NCBI RefSeq assembly: GCF_009914755.1
Contig: NC_060930.1
DNA length: 64,000 bases
Origin: the human T2T-CHM13v2.0 reference genome, Homo sapiens
Direction: 5' to 3' (one strand)
Part shown: one piece after another, positions 57,673-64,000 of the stretch
Numbering within the stretch: the stretch's first letter is position 1
How the letters are laid out: every line of letters starts with the position of its first letter
Translations under genes and position numbers: made by a program
The notes under the pieces: generated by a model
Told to the model about the DNA's origin: nothing
Seen by the model: only the letters and a program-made list of their open reading frames with translations
The model's database searches: none

Positions 57673-58780
57673 TGAGTTATTTGTCTTTTTATTATTGAGA
57701 TATAGAAGTTCTTTACATATTCTGGGTACAAGTACTTTGTTGGAGATATAATTTGCAAAGATATTCTCCTATTCTGTATTTTCAATTTCTTGATGGTGTT
57801 CCTTGAAGCACAAAGTTTTTAAATTGTGATGAAGCCCAATTTAAGTATTAAGAAACCACTGTGTAAATGAAGACCATAAAAATTTTTACCTGGGTTTTCT
57901 TCTAGGGTCTTATAGTTCAGCCTCTACATACATTTAGGTCTATGATCCATTTTGAGTTAATTTTTATGTATGGTGTGAGGAAGGAGTCCAACATCATCTT
58001 TTTAGATGTGCATATCTATTTGATGCTTGTCCCAGCATCATTTGTTGAACTGACTATTATTTCCTCAATAAATTATCTTGGCACCCTTGTCAAAAATCCA
58101 TTGACCGTAAATCTGAAAGTTTATTTCTGGACTCTCAATTTATTCCATTGATCCATATGTTTACTTTTATGCCTGTACCGTGCTTTCTTTATAACTGTAG
58201 TTTTGTAGTAAGTTTGGAAATTAGGAAGTGTGAGTCCTTCAACTTTGTCCTTCATTATTAACATTGCTTTGACTATTTTGTGTCTCTTGCATTTCTATAT
58301 TAGTTTTAAGATCAGCTTGTTGATTTCTGCAAAAAAACAAAACAAAAAACAAGAAAGCCAGCGGTGATTTTGTTAGAGATTGCATTGGATCTATAGATCA
58401 ATTTGGGGAGTTTTGTCATCTTAATAATATTGTTTTCCAACCCATGAACATGGGATGACTTTCCATTTATTTAAATCTTTCATTTCTTTCTACAATGTTT
58501 TATAGTTTTCAGTGAACACGACTTTTACTTCTTTTAACAGAGGTCCAAAAGAGGTCAAACCTCTCTACTGACTGCAAGGCTGCCAGAGTTTGAATACGAT
58601 GCCACTGAGCTTGGGATCCCCAAGTTAAAATATCACAGACACCTACTAGCTTACTAAGATTCAGCAGTTTCTCTTGGATAGACCATTTAAGTTTGTTTGT
58701 TCTGTGCCTTAGCTTTATTTCCAAAGTTCCAGAAAAGACAAGTCACAGATCGGGAGAAAATATTTGCAAAACATATATAC

Positions 58781-59200
58781 CATGACCCATGAGGCCCCTC
58801 CTCTGCCACTGCCACTGCCACTGCCACTGAGATGGTGTATCTCACTTCCTACCTATTACCTTCCCTCATGAGCAACACCTCCCTTAGTGCCAAGGACATT
58901 AAGAAGATCCTGGACAGAGTAGGCATGGAGGCAACTGATGACTGGCTAAACAAGGTTATCAGTGAGCTGAATGGAAAAAATATTGAAGATATCATTGCCC
59001 AAGGTATTGGTGAGCTTGCCAGTGTGCCTGCTGGTGGGGCTGTGGCCCTCTCTGCTTCTCTGGGCTCTGCAGGTCCTGCTGCTGGTTCTACCCCTGCTGC
59101 AGAAGAAAGATGACAAGAAGGAGGAGTCATCTGAAGAGTTGGCCTGTTCAATTAAATTCCTGGTGTCCTACAAACAAAGCCTTTTCACATTAAAAAAAAA
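58781..59200 (+). pseudogene. RPLP2P1: Processed pseudogene of 60S acidic ribosomal protein P2
   Basis: SAKDIKKILDRVGMEATDDWLNKVISELNGKNIEDIIAQGIGELASVPAGGAVA matches RPLP2; intronless; frameshift near 59105; A-tail near 59192; symbol assigned from its position next to OR2B6. Confidence 0.9.
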
Positions 59201-59209
59201 CAAACAAAC

Positions 59210-59212
<3 letters not shown>

Positions 59213-59245
<33 letters not shown>
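59213..59245. repeat. (TG)n microsatellite
   Basis: Direct reading. Confidence 0.95.
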
Positions 59246-59249
<4 letters not shown>

Positions 59250-59980
59250 GAGGCTTTGTATTCAAAATATACAAAGAACTCCAAAGTTCAACAATAAGAA
59301 AACATGTAAACCAATTAAAAAATGGGCAAAATATCTGAACTGACACCTTAACAAAGAAGACATGCAAATGGCAAATAAGCATGTAAAAAGATAGTCAATG
59401 TCATTTTTTATTAGGAAATTGCAAACCAGAAAACAGGGAGATACCACTACATTCTTATTAGAATGGACTAAAATCTAAAAAATCGACAATACCAATTGCT
59501 AGCAAGGATGCGGAGTGGCAGAAAGTCTCATTTATTTCTTGTGAGATGCAGAAGAGTACATCAATTTCCTGATCACTGCAATTCATTCCATGACCCACAT
59601 AGATATTTTTCTCCCCATATGTTAGGGAAGCAGATCTCTCATGGTCTTCATGGACTTCTCTTTCTGAGTGGAAATTCACAAGGGTATCTTCTAGTTATCT
59701 ATTCCAATCTCCCCCACCCTCATCTAGCATCTTGAAGGGTCTTGGTTGCTGACCTGGGATTGTGACCCAAACCTTCATTTCTAAAGGTCTGAACCCTTGG
59801 TAATCATGACCTTTTCAGTCTGAAGTTGCTGCACCTGTCTATTCATAGTTATGATGGAACACAGGAGGTAGCCAAGTAGATCTCCTGTGCTCCACATGAA
59901 TGATTCTGCGGCCCTATTGTCTAAAATCAGCCCTGCTTCTTCCTGCTGATCAGAGTCAATTTCCCCTGACAGTATGGTAT

Positions 59981-61735
59981 GGTAGTTATCTATTACTGCA
60001 TAACAAATCACCCCGAAACTTACTAGCTTAAAACAATAAACGTTTATTACTTCACCATTTCTTTTAGGTTAGGAATCGAGGCACAGCTTAGTGGGGTCCT
60101 CTGGCTCCGGGTAGGTCTCACACAAGGATACAAAGTGTTGGCTGGAGCTACAGGCATCTTAGGTCTTAATGGGGTTTCCAATCTCACCCACTACCAGTTG
60201 GCTGGTCTCAGAAGACCTACTTGCAGGGTTACTCATTTAGGCCTATTCATACGGCTGCTCCATGACATGGAAGCTATCTTTCTCCACCATGAGTAATCCA
60301 TCAGAAAGAGTGAGAGAGAGTGCACCTAACATGAAAGCCAGTCTTTTTAGAACCTAACATCTTGGAAGTGACATCACATCACTTCTGCTTTGTTCTAATT
60401 GTTAGAAGTGAGTCAATAATGTCACAGGATCCTTCAGGTGTCACTTCGCCAGCCAGAAACCTCTGTGGCCGTTGGCGCCTCTGCTTGAGTTTAGCTCATG
60501 CCCACTGGGCTCATTTTGCCCACTTGGCTAATTTTGCCCACTTGGCTCAGCAGGCTGCACTCGGTTTGCACTACCGGCCCAGATCCCATGCCCGCCGAGG
60601 GTGAGCCAGGCACAGAGCAGTGAAGGGTGTGTGAGTGAGCGTGGTGTCTGGCCACTGTACACAGCCAGGCGCACCGTCTGCTGTGGCGGAGTAAGCAGCT
60701 CCTAGTGCCGGCTCCATGCAAGGCTGTGGCTGGACCAGGTATACGGCAAGCAGCTTCCCCTGCAGGCACCGGGCCTGGACGAGGGGAATGCGGTGGCGCC
60801 TGAAAACTTGACGATGCCACAATGTCAGAGCCCCAAGGGGTGTTGGGCGGAGCACGTGCTACATCTCTCTCTTTCCCGCCACCTGCAGCTTGGTAAATGG
60901 ATGCAGGGTGGGTTTCAGCCCGTTGTGTTGCGGCTTGTTCAGTCCCACCACCCCACTCCAGCCCACAGCTCTTGGGCTGGCCCAGCCACACGGCTGCTTC
61001 CCATTGCATGGGGCAGCCACCCCACACCAGTGGAGGTGGGTAGGGCTATAGTGTTACAGCTCTGGCAGGGGGAATCCCGAGGTCTGGGCCCTCAGAAGAG
61101 TCACTAGTCACCAGGCTTCACTCCCACAGTTTGACAAACAGGAGTGTGTCACTGCCCACATAGCTTAGCGAGCCAGCCAGGGAAGTGTTACAGCCCTTTT
61201 CACGCCTGCCATTCCATGGGTCTCGAGTTCTTGACCTGTGTCCAGGAAGAATGAGGTTATGTGGACAACTGGAGGGTGTGCAAGGTGAAGAAGAGCTTTA
61301 TTAAGCAACAGAACAGTTCTCAGCAGAGACCTGAAGTGGGTAGCTCCTATTCACAGGCAGGGTTGGACTGAATCTGGGGTTTTTATGGGCTCAGAATAAC
61401 CCCAGGAAGGTTATTATGAGCCCGTCCTCGAAAAGGAGGAAGTACATGCTGGGCAGGAGAATTGGTCCATGGAGAAAGTGCACGTTGATTGGTCAATGGG
61501 TGGGCCAGGAAAAAGCATCACCTGATTGTCCAAAAGGCATCAAGGAAGTTCTTACTCTATGTCTTGGACTCCATCTGGAACTGGCAACCCAACCCCCAGG
61601 CTTCAGGCCATCCTTGGCTTGAAGGTCGGGCCTCACTGCAGACCCGCCCCTTCCCACCTAGGAACCTATCTGCCTCCTGCCATCATCAATAAGACTAACT
61701 CATACTTAATAGAAGGGATTACACAGAGGGGAATA
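59981..61735 (-). mobile_element. MLT1-type LTR split by the MER52 insertion
   Basis: gttatctattactgcataacaaatcaccccgaaactt...gaagtgacatcacatcacttctgc, resuming after 61692. Confidence 0.65.
60420..61688 (-). mobile_element. MER52-type ERV1 solo LTR (about 1.27 kb, GC-rich)
   Basis: TG...CA ends (tgtcacaggatcc...catca), 4-bp TSD ataa at 60416-60419 and 61689-61692. Confidence 0.8.
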
Positions 61736-63124
61736 TAGCAGTAAACACAATACTTAATGGAAATGAAAATATCAAAGAATGGAAAAATAATAAGCAGTTA
61801 ACAAACATAATAGAATAAATAATCCAATGTTCATCTTTTTCACTGTCTTGGATAAGATAGTAATTGTGACACAATATTGTAATTTCCTCATTCTTACCTT
61901 TCTCTGGATTGTGAGATCCTTGAGGGAACATATGTAACGTTTATTTACATCCCAAGTGTCTTTCACAGTGCCTGAAAATGTTTAATGAATAGAAATATAT
62001 TGCATATCCCAGAGTCATTCTGCATTATAAGATTTTATGGGAATTATTCCTGAAGGATAAGCATAGAACAAAAAAGTCAGTGATAGAGAATAGCTCTCCT
62101 AGATACTCTCACTAAATCTCTACTCATCAAAATGCCATCCAGAAGTGAGGGGATGATTATTTGAGTTATAATGGGAAAGTTTCAGATTTGATGGGGTGAA
62201 TAATAATATTGGGTAAATCCCCAGGGCTGCTGAATAGCTCTAAGATGCAACTGTAAAGCAAAGGGAAGACAACAGTGACAGGAGCTGACTCACTTTAGCT
62301 CTCCACTGTAATCAGTCATTAATTGACTGTTTCTCTTCTAAGGCAGATAACCCCAGAGAGTGTTCTATTTTATGAATTATAACAAAAGTCATTTGAAACT
62401 TTTTAATAGTTGCATGCAGCATAGGAAGAACATGTTAATCAGTTCTACTCTCCCAAGAGCTGGATCCCTGTGGACATGGAGAAAACAAGATCATTGCTGT
62501 TGGTAGCTTAATTCTAATAGTTATTACAATGAGATATCTAGGGTCTTGTTCTTCCTTCCAACTTTTATAAAGAACTGCAGAAGGTGAAAATCAATTTCCC
62601 ACTTGCTCTAGTTTTAAATATTACCCATTGATGTCATCACTCAGAATCCCTTAAGATTTTTCAGTTATGCAGAGAGAATCACATGAGTAAATGTAGCCAT
62701 CTTTCAATTTTACCAGAAAAAAAATGGCCTAAGAAAAACTTATTTTATCAATAAATCCAAATATTTCTCATTCTTTAGTCTCTCCAATCTATAATTCCAT
62801 CTTTCTTTTCTCAACTCCTTAACTATCAGGGACAATAAGTCAATTGTTAAATGAGTTAGTGGGTTGAGTATCTTTTCTTTTTACTTAGAAGACAGAGAAA
62901 ACATGAAAAAACAAATGACATTAAACTGAAGCTTAATTTTAAAAATTTACTTCCAAAATTTATTTAACCCTTTTAAATGTTAAAGTAACATATAGTCATA
63001 ATTATATATTACATTTTCACATGGTTATATGTTAACTTTTTTATTTTTACAAGACTAAACAGGGAAAATTAAAAATTCACTTCTTTGAAACTCCCGTTAT
63101 CTTTGCATATTTATGTAAATCATA

Positions 63125-64000
63125 GTATTTTAGAAATTGAAGAGGAAGAAATTCTTCCAAACTCATTCTACAAGGCCATTGTTACTCTTATACCAAAAAC
63201 CAGACAAAATGCAACAAAACCAGAAAACTCCAGGCCAATATCCCTAATGAACATAGATACAAAAACTCTTAAAAATATAGCAAACCAAATTCAATAGCAC
63301 ATTAAAAAGATCATTCACTATGATCAAGTGAAATTTGTCCTAGGGTTGCAAGGATGGTTCAACATACACAAATCAATAAACATGATATATCATGTTAGCA
63401 GAATCAAGGACAAAAACTACATGACAAATAAAAGGCATTTGATAAAATTCAACAGGCTTTATGATAAAAACTCTTGAACCAGGTGTACAAGGAACATACC
63501 TCAAAACAATAAAGTCCATATATGACAAGCTGACAGCTAACATCATACTGAATAGGGAAAAGTTGAAAGCTTCATCTCTAAGATTTGGAAAAATATAAGA
63601 ATGCCCATTTTTAACACATTTATTCAACATAGTACTGAAGTGCTAATCAGAGCAAGTAGGCAAGACAAAGAAATAGAAGACATACAAATTGGAAAGGAGA
63701 AAGCCAAATTGTCCCTGTTCACAGATGACATGACCTTTTATATAGAAACCCTAAAGACACCACCAAAAAAACTGTCAGAACCAATAAACTAATTCAGTAA
63801 AGTTGCAATATACAAAATCAGCATCCAAAAATCAGTAGTGTATCTATATGCCAATAGCAAACTATCTGAAAAAAATCAAGAAAGCAATCTCATTTATAAT
63901 CACTACAAAAAAAAGATACCTAGGAATAAATTTAACCAAGGAGGTGAAAGATCACTACAATAAAAACTATAAAACATTGTTGAAATATATTAAAAAGTAC
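63125..64000 (+). mobile_element. L1 ORF2 fragment (L1MA/L1PB-like), runs off the window
   Basis: [25 protein letters not shown] and LSLFTDDM translations. Confidence 0.85.

Larger units (their letters stand above)
58730..59530 (+). mobile_element. Old L1M fragment hosting the RPLP2 retrocopy
   Basis: ggagaaaatatttgcaaaacatata ... caattaaaaaatgggcaaaatatctgaac. Confidence 0.65.

Noticed and set aside
60362-61738. GC-rich ORF cluster resembling a CpG-island gene
   Set aside because: Lies within the MER52-type solo LTR and its MLT1 host; the 17-bp tandem repeat at 60513-60547 is a local slippage.
61917-61927. O/E-like TCCTTGAGGGA
   Set aside because: Part of an L2 3'-end-like motif (gtgagatccttgaggg...cacagtgcctg), so not counted as evidence.

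Overview
Primate, almost certainly human, genomic DNA. It is AT-rich and repeat-dense, and I recognise it as the olfactory-receptor cluster of the extended MHC region on 6p22.1. Gene content: OR2B2 (- strand, 357 aa), OR2W6P (+ strand, intact 7TM frame but GTG in place of ATG), OR2B6 (+ strand, 313 aa) and a processed RPLP2 pseudogene. These sit among Alu, L1, L2, MIR, THE1A, MER52, MLT1, ERVL and DNA-transposon relics. I see no new multi-gene system; the interest is in fine structure. (1) OR2B2 and OR2B6 lie in an ancient inverted duplicate block of about 8-9 kb, whose conserved parts point to candidate promoters about 5.3 kb upstream and to 5'UTR splice sites. (2) OR2B2 looks chimeric. A second, more diverged OR C-terminus (RNKDVKGAFERLLARVLIKK) with its own 3'UTR lies just downstream. 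The current 3' end is nearly identical to OR2B6 and carries a +1 frameshift that lengthens the protein by 44 residues. (3) An antisense Alu left-arm mini-exon could supply an in-frame ATG to OR2W6P. (4) A young L1 has a precisely spliced 5'UTR (SpIRE type), an internal inversion and no 3' end. (5) A short L1 insertion folds back into a 54-bp hairpin. (6) A tailless BC200 retrocopy has a 15-bp TSD. All alignments were done by eye, so repeat subfamily names and boundaries are approximate.
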